A program made the translations under genes and the position numbers. This document shows positions 10,015 through 19,056 of a stretch of DNA of 20,537 bases, one piece after another; within the stretch, counting starts at the first letter, position 1, and every line of letters begins with the position of its first letter. Under the pieces are notes generated by a model. That model ran no database searches and was not told the DNA's origin. It saw nothing but the letters and a program-made list of their open reading frames with translations. This DNA comes from Nitrospirota bacterium (lineage in GTDB: Bacteria > Nitrospirota > UBA9217), in assembly GCA_963796285.1 (NCBI GenBank), contig CAWCKW010000008.1:1-20537 (forward strand). The letters run 5' to 3'.

Positions 10015-10312
10015 GCTCTTTTACCGGATCGGTGAGGTCAGCCGCTTGTCCGGGCTGGAACAGTACGTACTGCGCTACTGGGAAAGCGAGTTCCCTCAAC
10101 TCAAACCGAACAAGGGTAAATCGGGACAACGCCTCTATAGTAAAAAAGATTTAGACACTGTTCTCCAGATAAAGCAATTACTCTATAAAGACGGGTACAC
10201 GATCTCCGGCGCACGGAAAAAAATGAACGGCAAAGGGGACCGGGAGGTCCTTGAGTCGGTTATTGAGACGGCCAAGACGGAGCTGAAGGAGATACTGGAA
10301 ATTTTAAAATAG
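9980..10312 (+). CDS. MerR-family transcriptional regulator
   Basis: FYRIGEVSRL...YVLRYWESEFPQLKP...GQRLY...LLYKDGYTISGA. Confidence 0.9.
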   Translation: MSSNPQQQQSSKLFYRIGEVSRLSGLEQYVLRYWESEFPQLKPNKGKSGQRLYSKKDLDTVLQIKQLLYKDGYTISGARKKMNGKGDREVLESVIETAKTELKEILEILK

Positions 10313-10383
10313 ATTTTTCAAGTCAAGGCTCAAAGTGCAAATGAGATAGTTGGATTTTGTCATTTAGATTTTGATTCATATAT

Positions 10384-10460
10384 CGGGGCGTGGCGCAGCC
10401 TGGTAGCGTACTCGCTTGGGGTGCGAGTGGTCGGCCGTTCAAATCGGCTCGCCCCGACCA
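10384..10460 (+). tRNA. tRNA-Pro(GGG)
   Basis: Acceptor stem CGGGGCG/CGCCCCG plus ACCA. D arm GCGCAGCCTGGTAGCGT, anticodon arm CTCGC-TTGGGGT-GCGAG, T loop GTTCAAATC. Confidence 0.97.
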
Positions 10461-10467
10461 ATTGTTG

Positions 10468-10499
10468 AAAGGCCCGGAAAACCTCCGGGCCTTTTTTTT
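10468..10499 (+). terminator. Intrinsic terminator after tRNA-Pro
   Basis: AAAGGCCCGGA-AAACC-TCCGGGCC followed by T8. Confidence 0.9.
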
Positions 10500-10608
10500 A
10501 CTCAACCAGGGAAGCGGGAAGTTCTGTTTGGCAATATTTGCCGGATCCAGTCGGATGTCAACACCGGACCGTCCTGTCAATCCTACTATCCTGTCAGAGG
10601 TATGATCC

Positions 10609-11397
10609 ATGATCCTCGTAACGAATGACGACGGCGTATACTCCCCCGGCATCCAGGTCCTCGCCAAGCATTTGCGGGAACTCGACACCGTGGTGATCGT
10701 TGCCCCTGACCGGGAACGGAGCGCGGCGGGCCATTCGATGACGCTCCACCGGCCGCTCCTGATCGAAGAGATCAAGGAGTCGATGTACAGCGTCAATGGT
10801 ACGACAACGGACTGCGTGAACATGGCGGTCAAGGGTTTGCTCAAAGAAACGCCGCGGCTCGTGGTCTCCGGCATCAACAAGGGGCCGAACCTTGGGGACG
10901 ATGTGACCTATTCGGGGACTGTTGCGGGGGCCATCGAAGGCATCCTGCTGGGGATCCCTTCCCTGGCCATTTCACTCAACGGGCGCGAGAATTTCCGTTT
11001 TGCCGAGGCAGCGGAGGTGGCCCTCTGTACTGCCCGGCGGATGCTTGAACAGGGGATGCCCGCAGGCACGCTCCTCAATATCAATGTTCCGAACCTTCCG
11101 CTCTCCGAGGTGGTGGGGACGCGCATTACCCGGCTCGGCAAACGCATTTATCACCAGATGACCGTGGAACGCATTGACCCGAGAGGAAAGAAATACTATT
11201 GGATCGGGGGCGGCGAGCCGGATTGGGAGCGGGAGGAGGGCACGGACTTCGACGCTGTTGACCGCAAGATGGTCTCGATCACGCCAATTCATCTCGACAT
11301 GACGGACTACGCTTCGTTCGACAGGATGAAATCCATGGAATCAATGTCCTATGCACAGCCGTTGAATCCGCAAGGAGCACTGAGTGATCAACCTTGA
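10609..11397 (+). CDS. surE: 5'/3'-nucleotidase SurE
   Basis: [54 protein letters not shown]. Confidence 0.96.
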   Translation: MILVTNDDGVYSPGIQVLAKHLRELDTVVIVAPDRERSAAGHSMTLHRPLLIEEIKESMYSVNGTTTDCVNMAVKGLLKETPRLVVSGINKGPNLGDDVTYSGTVAGAIEGILLGIPSLAISLNGRENFRFAEAAEVALCTARRMLEQGMPAGTLLNINVPNLPLSEVVGTRITRLGKRIYHQMTVERIDPRGKKYYWIGGGEPDWEREEGTDFDAVDRKMVSITPIHLDMTDYASFDRMKSMESMSYAQPLNPQGALSDQP

Positions 11398-12028
11398 AAA
11401 GGAGCGCAGCAGGATGGTGGACGAGCAGATCGTCTACCGGGGGGTAAAAGATGAGCGTGTTCTCGCGGCCATGCGCAAAATACCCCGCCATGAGTTCCTG
11501 CCCGAGGCCATCCGCGGCATGGCATACACTGACAATGCCCTCCCGCTGGGCGAAAGCCAGACAATGTCCCAGCCCTATATGGTCGCGCTCATGACCGAGT
11601 TACTTGGCCTCAAGGGCCCGGAACGGGTACTCGAGATCGGGACGGGATCAGGCTATCAGGCCGCGGTACTTGCCGAGTTGTGCGAAAAGGTCTACACGGT
11701 GGAGCGCATAAAGTCCCTGGCTGACAAGGCCCGGGCAACACTCGACCGGCTGGGATATAAAAGTGTTGCGATAAAAATTTACGACGGCACCTACGGCTGG
11801 AAGGAGATGGCGCCCTTTGACGCGATCATGGTGACCGCGGGCTCACCCGATATACCGGCGCCTCTTGTGGAACAGCTCAAAGAGGGCGGCAGGATGGTGA
11901 TCCCGGTGGGGGAGCGGTATGGACAGGAACTTTTCACGGTAGTCAAGACCGCGGAAGGCATGGTCACCTCACGGAGCATCCCGTGCGTGTTCGTTCCACT
12001 GATCGGCAACCACGGGTGGAAAGAGTAG
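11384..12028 (+). CDS. pcm: Protein-L-isoaspartate O-methyltransferase
   Basis: [42 protein letters not shown]. Adjacent to surE. Confidence 0.96.
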   Translation: MINLEKERSRMVDEQIVYRGVKDERVLAAMRKIPRHEFLPEAIRGMAYTDNALPLGESQTMSQPYMVALMTELLGLKGPERVLEIGTGSGYQAAVLAELCEKVYTVERIKSLADKARATLDRLGYKSVAIKIYDGTYGWKEMAPFDAIMVTAGSPDIPAPLVEQLKEGGRMVIPVGERYGQELFTVVKTAEGMVTSRSIPCVFVPLIGNHGWKE

Positions 12029-12077
12029 GTCCCGTCACGGTACTGCGGTCTTCTTCGTCCGGTTTTTCCTGAGAAAC

Positions 12078-12631
12078 TCATACGCCCAAGGACAATGCCA
12101 GCGCAATAACGTCCCCAGAAGCGCGCCCACCAGAACATCCGTCGGATAATGGACCCCCAGATACATCCTGGAGAACGCGATCAGCAATGCAAGAACAAGC
12201 GGATACGTCCTCCACGCATTTGCAATATAATCCCGGGTCAGGTAAAAGAGCGGTATTGCAAAGGCAAATGAGCTTATCGCATGGCCGGACGGCATGGAGT
12301 ATGATTTCGGGCATGCGATAATGAGCCGGATCCCCTCAATCGCCCTGCACGGCCTTTCACGGGCAACAGCGTTCTTCAACACATCCTCCGCCCATTCCGC
12401 GAGAAAGACAGCGCAGCAGGATATCGCGATGGTCCAGAGCGCCGCTGTCAGATATCCTTTCCCCTCAGAATTTACCTGCGTACGACCTCTTACGAACATA
12501 TAGAGCAGAAAGGGGAGGACCAGGAGATAGCCCTGATAGGAGAGTGCCGGCATCAAAATATCGAACAGAGGATTTTCAGTGCCGTGATTGATCAGGAGAA
12601 GCAGCTGTGTGTCCAGGGATTGGATAGTCAT
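12078..12631 (-). CDS. PAP2-family membrane phosphatase (probable frameshift near 12110)
   Basis: KNAVARERP, SMPSGH, SRMYLGVHYPTDV. The hydrophobic tail VIALALSLGV-stop (12078) is in another frame. As sequenced, the ORF runs to 12035. Confidence 0.88.
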
Positions 12632-12643
12632 GGGTAGGCATCG

Positions 12644-12982
12644 CTACGAACTTTTCGCGCAGCACTTGATGATATTCGTATCGCTCACCTCAATGAGCCC
12701 GCGTTCGACGACGGAACCGATCTCTGCCAGGATGATATTGATCATTTCCTCTGAATCCACAATTTCGATTTTGACCGGGAGCGTGGTGGAGAGCTCCAGG
12801 ATCTTGGCGGTATGGAGTTTGCCATGGCTCCCGTAACCTGCAACACCACGGAACACGCTGGCCCCGGCTATTTTCCTTTGCGCCAGAATGTCCAAAATCG
12901 CTTCATACACGGGCTTGCCGTGGAGCTTATCGGTTTCATCGATGTAGATCGTCAGCTTTTTTGCCGGGCCGGTTTTGAGCAT
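12644..12982 (-). CDS. DUF190-family (PII-like fold) protein
   Basis: LTIYIDETD...GKPVYEAI...GASVFRGVAGYG...LSTTLPVKIEIVDSEE. AAGGAG RBS before ATG 12982. This family is a common crcB neighbour. Confidence 0.88.
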   Translation of the reverse strand: MLKTGPAKKLTIYIDETDKLHGKPVYEAILDILAQRKIAGASVFRGVAGYGSHGKLHTAKILELSTTLPVKIEIVDSEEMINIILAEIGSVVERGLIEVSDTNIIKCCAKSS

Positions 12983-13028
12983 GAAATACTCCTTACTTAA
13001 AGTATGATGAGCTATAAAGTCATAATCC

Positions 13029-13106
13029 ACCGCGGAGGCGCTGAGACGCTGAGAAATACATATTAACAATAAAAAGATTTTCTCTGCGTCTCTGCGTCTC
13101 GGCGGT
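13029..13106. repeat. Intergenic inverted repeat (GAGACGCAGAG type)
   Basis: 28-nt arms ACCGCGGAGGCGCTGAGACGCTGAGAAA and TTTCTCTGCGTCTCTGCGTCTCGGCGGT, 24/28 complementary, with an AT-rich spacer. Confidence 0.85.
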
Positions 13107-13132
13107 TAAATTAGAATTGTCGCATTCATCAA

Positions 13133-13507
13133 TTATATGCTTTTCGCGATCACCTCACCGAGCTTCAATGCGATAAACCCGGCGGAGACGCTCAACACGA
13201 CATTTAATCCCGCGATCAGCCATTCGCTGTCTTTCAGGAGCGCGCCGGTTTCGTACTCGAAGGTGGAGAAGGTGGTATACGCGCCGAGAAATCCCACGAC
13301 GAGCAGCAATCGCCATTGCGGGTTCACCATGAACCGTTCGGTGAAGAGTGACATGAGCAGGCCGATGAGGAAGCTGCCGCTCACGTTGATCACGAATGTG
13401 CCGAGGGGAAAGCTGCGGCCCCACCGCTGGCCGATCCAGAGGGCGACCCCGTACCGCGTGATCGCGCCGAGGAATCCGCCTATGCCTATGATGAAGATAT
13501 TTGCCAT
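13133..13507 (-). CDS. crcB: Fluoride efflux channel Fluc/CrcB
   Basis: GGFLGAITRY, FPLGTFVINVSGSFLIG, GFLGAYTTFSTF. ATG at 13507. Confidence 0.96.
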   Translation of the reverse strand: MANIFIIGIGGFLGAITRYGVALWIGQRWGRSFPLGTFVINVSGSFLIGLLMSLFTERFMVNPQWRLLLVVGFLGAYTTFSTFEYETGALLKDSEWLIAGLNVVLSVSAGFIALKLGEVIAKSI

Positions 13508-13779
13508 CGTTTTCCTGTCCCTGAATGTTCCATTCATAGCAGAAGGCACGCCTCAAGTCAATGAAAATGGTCATGCTTTCCAAAGCTGGAGCTTGCCCTC
13601 GAATTCATAATCGGGGGGGTATGACGAAATAACGAGCAATTAGGGACTCTGTCCGGGAGGCGTTGTATCCAGGGGCAAGGAACAGCGCGGCAATGATGAC
13701 AGTGGCAGGCTAGGAACATATCATTACCAAAGCGCAACTTAGAGCCGTCAGTCCTGCTGATTTATCGGCCAACGGGTGC

Positions 13780-13809
13780 TTGACTTTGGTGCGTGTTGAA
13801 TGCTATTAT
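13780..13809 (+). promoter_or_regulatory. Candidate promoter of aspS
   Basis: TTGACT-18 nt-TATTAT with an extended -10 TG. Confidence 0.5.
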
Positions 13810-13848
13810 CCAGCCTGTTTTGCATCATTTCGAGAGGGGTAGGGTCAC

Positions 13849-15621
<1,773 letters not shown>

Positions 15622-15636
15622 TAACAGCGGAATTCA

Positions 15637-15722
15637 GGAGGCGGGAGTCAGAATCCAGGATAGGATCGTTATAGGTCGTAACGCGTTTTTCTCCTGATTC
15701 CTGGATACTGGCACCTGTCTCC
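15637..15722. repeat. Intergenic imperfect inverted repeat (GGAGTCAGAA type)
   Basis: Arms GGAGGCGGGAGTCAGAATCCAGGA and TCCTGGATACTGGCACCTGTCTCC. 19/24 Watson-Crick pairs plus 3 G-U pairs. Confidence 0.7.
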
Positions 15723-15741
15723 GATTCTTTTTGAGGTTCTC

Positions 15742-15909
15742 ATGAAATGCAAGTCCTGCGGCAAGGAAGTCGAACTTCGGATCGGCTGACGCACCATCAC
15801 CTTTCGCTGCACGGTGTGCGGCAAGGATTTTTCGATCAAGGAATATTCGGACCAGGTCGATGATGAGACGTGGGAAAAGATCTCCCGCCGCCCCTGCAAC
15901 CGCGCGTGA
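15742..15909 (+). CDS. Small dual-CxxC selenoprotein, 55 aa (UGA at 15787-15789 read as Sec)
   Basis: GAGG RBS, then MKCKSCGKEVELRIG-U-RTITFRCTVCGKDFSIKEYSDQVDDETWEKISRRPCNRA. A SECIS-like hairpin follows the UGA. Absent from the ORF track. Confidence 0.8.
15800..15826 (+). promoter_or_regulatory. Candidate SECIS element of the small CxxC gene
   Basis: CCTT-TC-GCTGCAC-GGT-GTGCGGC-AAGG. Apical G is 24 nt after the UGA. Confidence 0.7.
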
Positions 15910-16011
15910 AGCCCGGTTTCCACCGATGAGTCGTATCACTCCACTCCCGCCGTTGTTCTTTTTTTTAGAATAATTACGCAGGCTCGCCTGTATGACAAAA
16001 TTAACTTTATG

Positions 16012-16054
16012 TTGACAATTACATAAAAATATAATAATATTTGCATATATTATT
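16012..16054 (+). promoter_or_regulatory. arsR promoter with overlapping operator palindrome
   Basis: TTGACA-17 nt-TAATAT. The 22-bp palindrome AATAATATTTG/CATATATTATT (16033-16054, one mismatch) covers the -10 box. Confidence 0.7.
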
Positions 16055-16069
16055 TCGGAGGTAGCATTT

Positions 16070-16411
16070 ATGATCCCCCTGGACAAGCGCATAGATATGC
16101 TCAAGGTTATTGCCCATCCCATTCGAATCAAAATCCTCGAAGATTTGACGCTCGGAGTGAAGTGTGTGAGCGACTTCGAAGAATCCCTCGACATTAGCCA
16201 GCCTAACGTATCACAACATTTGACCCTTCTTCGGACGAATGGAATTGTAGATTTCTTCGTTGACGGCAGGCTCAAGTGCTACTTTCTGAAAGAACCCCTT
16301 ATCCCCGACCTCCTCGAAGTTCTCAAAAAACAGTATGAAGAAGATATCCCGGCTCCTGCTTGCTGTCCGGTAACGAAAAGAGGGACCTACCCCGGTGAAA
16401 GGAGACGTTAA
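16070..16411 (+). CDS. ArsR/SmtB-family transcriptional regulator, Cys-rich
   Basis: LKVIAHPIRIKIL, KCVSD, ISQPNVSQHLTLLR, C-terminal ACCP. GGAGG RBS. Confidence 0.92.
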   Translation: MIPLDKRIDMLKVIAHPIRIKILEDLTLGVKCVSDFEESLDISQPNVSQHLTLLRTNGIVDFFVDGRLKCYFLKEPLIPDLLEVLKKQYEEDIPAPACCPVTKRGTYPGERRR

Positions 16412-16533
16412 TCTGAATGAAGAAAGACTCTCAAACTTGCAATACCGGGTCGACAGATGTCTGTCGCCTGACGGGGCTCTTCATCAAAGAAAGCGACAGG
16501 GTTTGACATTTTAATTTCATTGAGGAGGCCTCT

Positions 16534-16878
16534 ATGCAAAAAGAGATTGTAATGTTTCTTTCCACGACTCCCTACACCTTTGAGAACACGCATACTATTT
16601 TCAAACTAGCGGAGTCTGCTCTGAAGAAGGGGCACCGGGCCAGACTTATTGCCTCGGGCGATGGAGTCTTCTCGATTGTGAAGGGACAGGTACCTCAGGC
16701 GCTTTCCGAGCTGGTAGACCTTGTGGGAAAAGGTCTCAAGGTCGATATCTGAACAGGCTGCATGAAAAGCCGCGGTCTTGCGGCTGACGATTCCATTGAG
16801 GGTGGTGAGATGAGCTCGTTGAAGGGGCTTTTCAATGTTGTGCAGACAAAGCCTATATTCTTAAATTTCGGCATATAA
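16534..16878 (+). CDS. DsrE/TusD-like sulfur-relay selenoprotein, 114 aa, U73-x-x-C76
   Basis: DsrE-type N-terminus (TTPY, SGDGV). The frame continues past TGA 16750-16752 as VDI-U-TGCMKSRGLAADDSIEGGEMSSLKGLFNVVQTKPIFLNFGI-TAA. It ends 10 nt before the next ATG. Confidence 0.88.
16768..16785 (+). promoter_or_regulatory. Candidate SECIS element of the DsrE-like gene
   Basis: AGCCGC-GGTCTT-GCGGCT. Apical G is 22 nt after the UGA. Confidence 0.75.
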
Positions 16879-16888
16879 GGGGGCGATT

Positions 16889-17242
16889 ATGGGGAGCATA
16901 AGCATAATTCTAAGAAGGCCGCCGTACGGGACCGTCGATGCCTCGGAGGCGATCCGCCATGCTCTCGGGGGAGCGACCAATGATATGGAAATAAAGTTGC
17001 TCCTTGTTGACGGGGGGGTCCATGCGGCGAGAAAAGGACAGGATGTATCTGAGACGAAATATTTGAATGCAGGAGACGGTATTCAGGATTGCATTGACAT
17101 GGGAGTTGCGGTCTATGCAGATGAAGCTTCATTGAAAAGGGAACAGATCGGCAATGACTGCATCATCGAGGGCGTAACGGTTACGAATGGCCCAGAAATC
17201 GCAGCTATGATCGGCAAAACAGATACAACGATTGTTTTTTAA
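16889..17242 (+). CDS. DsrF/TusC-like protein
   Basis: ILRRPPYGT...SEAIR, LLVDGGVHAARKGQ, VYADEASLKRE, ending TTIVF. Confidence 0.8.
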   Translation: MGSISIILRRPPYGTVDASEAIRHALGGATNDMEIKLLLVDGGVHAARKGQDVSETKYLNAGDGIQDCIDMGVAVYADEASLKREQIGNDCIIEGVTVTNGPEIAAMIGKTDTTIVF

Positions 17243-17253
17243 AGGAGACTATC

Positions 17254-17535
17254 ATGCTTGTGATCATCAAAAGCGCACCGGATACGACTGATGGGGCACG
17301 AGGCTTGACCCTTGCGAAGGAAGGCGGGGCCGATCTTATCCTGCTGCAAAACGGGGTCTATTTCGCGCAAAAGGAACGGCTTGGGTCTTTCCCCGGCGCG
17401 GTGTATGTGCTGGATGACGACAAGAGGCTCCGGGGTATCAAGGATTCAGAAATAGATGCCCGAGCGAAAGCCATTGATTACGACAAGCTGACAGACATTA
17501 TTACGGGAGGCGATAAGGTGGTCGGATTGTTCTAA
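17254..17535 (+). CDS. DsrH/TusB-like protein
   Basis: MLVIIKSAP, LILLQNGVY, VYVLDDDKRLRGI, IDYDKL; 93 aa. Confidence 0.85.
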   Translation: MLVIIKSAPDTTDGARGLTLAKEGGADLILLQNGVYFAQKERLGSFPGAVYVLDDDKRLRGIKDSEIDARAKAIDYDKLTDIITGGDKVVGLF

Positions 17536-17560
17536 ATCATGAAGTACAAGGGGAGGACAT

Positions 17561-18751
17561 ATGGCAAGGATCGTTGTGTTAGGGGGATCGTTCGGGGGAT
17601 TGACAGCTGCCTTTGAACTCAAGCGGCTGCTCGGCAAACAGGCGGATGTTACCGTGGTGAGCGACGACGACCGGTTCGTGTTCCTGCCGTCGCTGCCGTG
17701 GCTGATCATGGGATGGAGGAAACCGGAGGACATCACGCTCAAGATTAGTGAAATTCTGAAGCCGAAGGGGATCGAGTTTGTTCATGATGCTGCAAAGCAG
17801 ATCGATGCTGATTCATCGAAGGTCATCACTGCGAAAGGAAAAGAGCTTTCCTATGATCATCTCGTCATATCAACAGGCCCTCATCTTGCCTTTGATGAGA
17901 TTCCCGGCCTCGGACCGGATAAAGGATATACAGCCTGTACCTTTACGCTCGACCACGCGATTAAGACAGGAGAAAAATGGAAGAGCCTGCTAGAAAAGCC
18001 CGGACCAATCGTTCTTGGCTCTTCACAGATGGTCTCCTGCTTTGGACCGTCCTATGAGCTCGCATTCGAGATGGACGCCGAACTGAGACGGAGAAAGATG
18101 CGGCACAAAGTCCCCATCATCTATCTCACATCGGAGCCCTATGTTGGGCACATGGGCGTCGGCGGGCTCGGCAATTCAAAAACCTTTATAGAGTACGAGT
18201 TCGCTGAGCGGGATATTAAACCAATAGTGAGCCAGGCTATCGAGGAAGTCACTCCGGGAGAGATCAAATTAAAAGACGGTACGAAGCTCCCGTTCAAGCT
18301 AGCCATGATCGCACCGCCGTTCAAGGGTGTGCCCGCAGTTGCGCCGCTTGGCAATCCAAGAGGCTTCATCCCGGTGGATAAGAACTACCGACACTCGAAG
18401 CATAAGAACATCTTTGCCATTGGTGTTGCGATAGCGATTGCGCCGCCTGAGGTTACGCCGGTGCCCACGGGAGTTCCGAAAACAGGATTCATGACCGTCA
18501 AGATGGCGAAGACCGCTGCAGCGACCATCGCATCTGATATTACCGGCAAGACACCGCCGCTCGCGGACGAACTCGGCGTCATCTGCCTCATGGACATGGG
18601 AAACACTGCTGCTTTCATGAAGGCGTACCCGGTTCTTCCTCCGAGACAAAGTACTTATACAAAGAAGGCGATCTGGGCGAAGTGGATGAAGGTCGGATTC
18701 GAAAAGTATTTCTTATGGAAAATGAAAAGCGGATTGAGCAATCTGCCATGA
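17561..18751 (+). CDS. sqr: Sulfide:quinone oxidoreductase-like flavoprotein
   Basis: VVLGGSFGG FAD-binding motif, FLPSLPW, SCFGPSYE, PPFKGV, VPKTGFM, VICLMDMG, C-terminal KVGFEKYFLWK. Confidence 0.85.
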   Translation: MARIVVLGGSFGGLTAAFELKRLLGKQADVTVVSDDDRFVFLPSLPWLIMGWRKPEDITLKISEILKPKGIEFVHDAAKQIDADSSKVITAKGKELSYDHLVISTGPHLAFDEIPGLGPDKGYTACTFTLDHAIKTGEKWKSLLEKPGPIVLGSSQMVSCFGPSYELAFEMDAELRRRKMRHKVPIIYLTSEPYVGHMGVGGLGNSKTFIEYEFAERDIKPIVSQAIEEVTPGEIKLKDGTKLPFKLAMIAPPFKGVPAVAPLGNPRGFIPVDKNYRHSKHKNIFAIGVAIAIAPPEVTPVPTGVPKTGFMTVKMAKTAAATIASDITGKTPPLADELGVICLMDMGNTAAFMKAYPVLPPRQSTYTKKAIWAKWMKVGFEKYFLWKMKSGLSNLP

Positions 18752-19019
18752 AAAAAAAGAGATACCGAAACTGCACGCTGTTTTTTGCGAGGGCTCTTCC
18801 ATTCCCACGCGGTTCGAGATCCTCAGTCACTATAGATCAGGTGCATTGACCGTCAACAAGATTACCGCGAATCTAGGTATTCCAACGCTAAGTTATCAAG
18901 ACGCGAAGAAGGGTTATGAGTTACTTCGTGTTTTGGTGTGGCCTGAGGCTAGCTATCTATGTTGCAAGTTTTACCCTCTCTGGTTATTGCGGACAGTCCA
19001 CCCTTGACTCAAGAATTTA

Positions 19020-19047
19020 TTGACATTTACTAAATAAATATTACAAT
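19020..19047 (+). promoter_or_regulatory. Candidate promoter of selD
   Basis: TTGACA-16 nt-TACAAT, 9 nt before the ATG at 19057. Confidence 0.55.
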
Positions 19048-19056
19048 TCAAATATT

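Noticed and set aside
13600-13780. Fluoride riboswitch upstream of crcB
   Set aside because: Only fragments resemble the consensus (GGTAATGAT and CTGACGGCTCT on the minus strand). They are in the wrong order and lack the pairing.
15634-16275. 213-aa minus-strand ORF and other long antisense ORFs (e.g. 5277-5957, 5608-6303, 14176-14691)
   Set aside because: These are shadows of real genes on the opposite strand, with no motifs of their own.
16417-16506. 29-codon ORF MKKDSQTC...DRV ending in TGA
   Set aside because: No recognisable family, weak RBS spacing, and no hairpin or long open frame after the TGA. Not called as a selenoprotein.
18748-18849. Short ORF MKKKRYRNC... overlapping the sqr stop
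   Set aside because: About 33 codons with no motif and no clear RBS.
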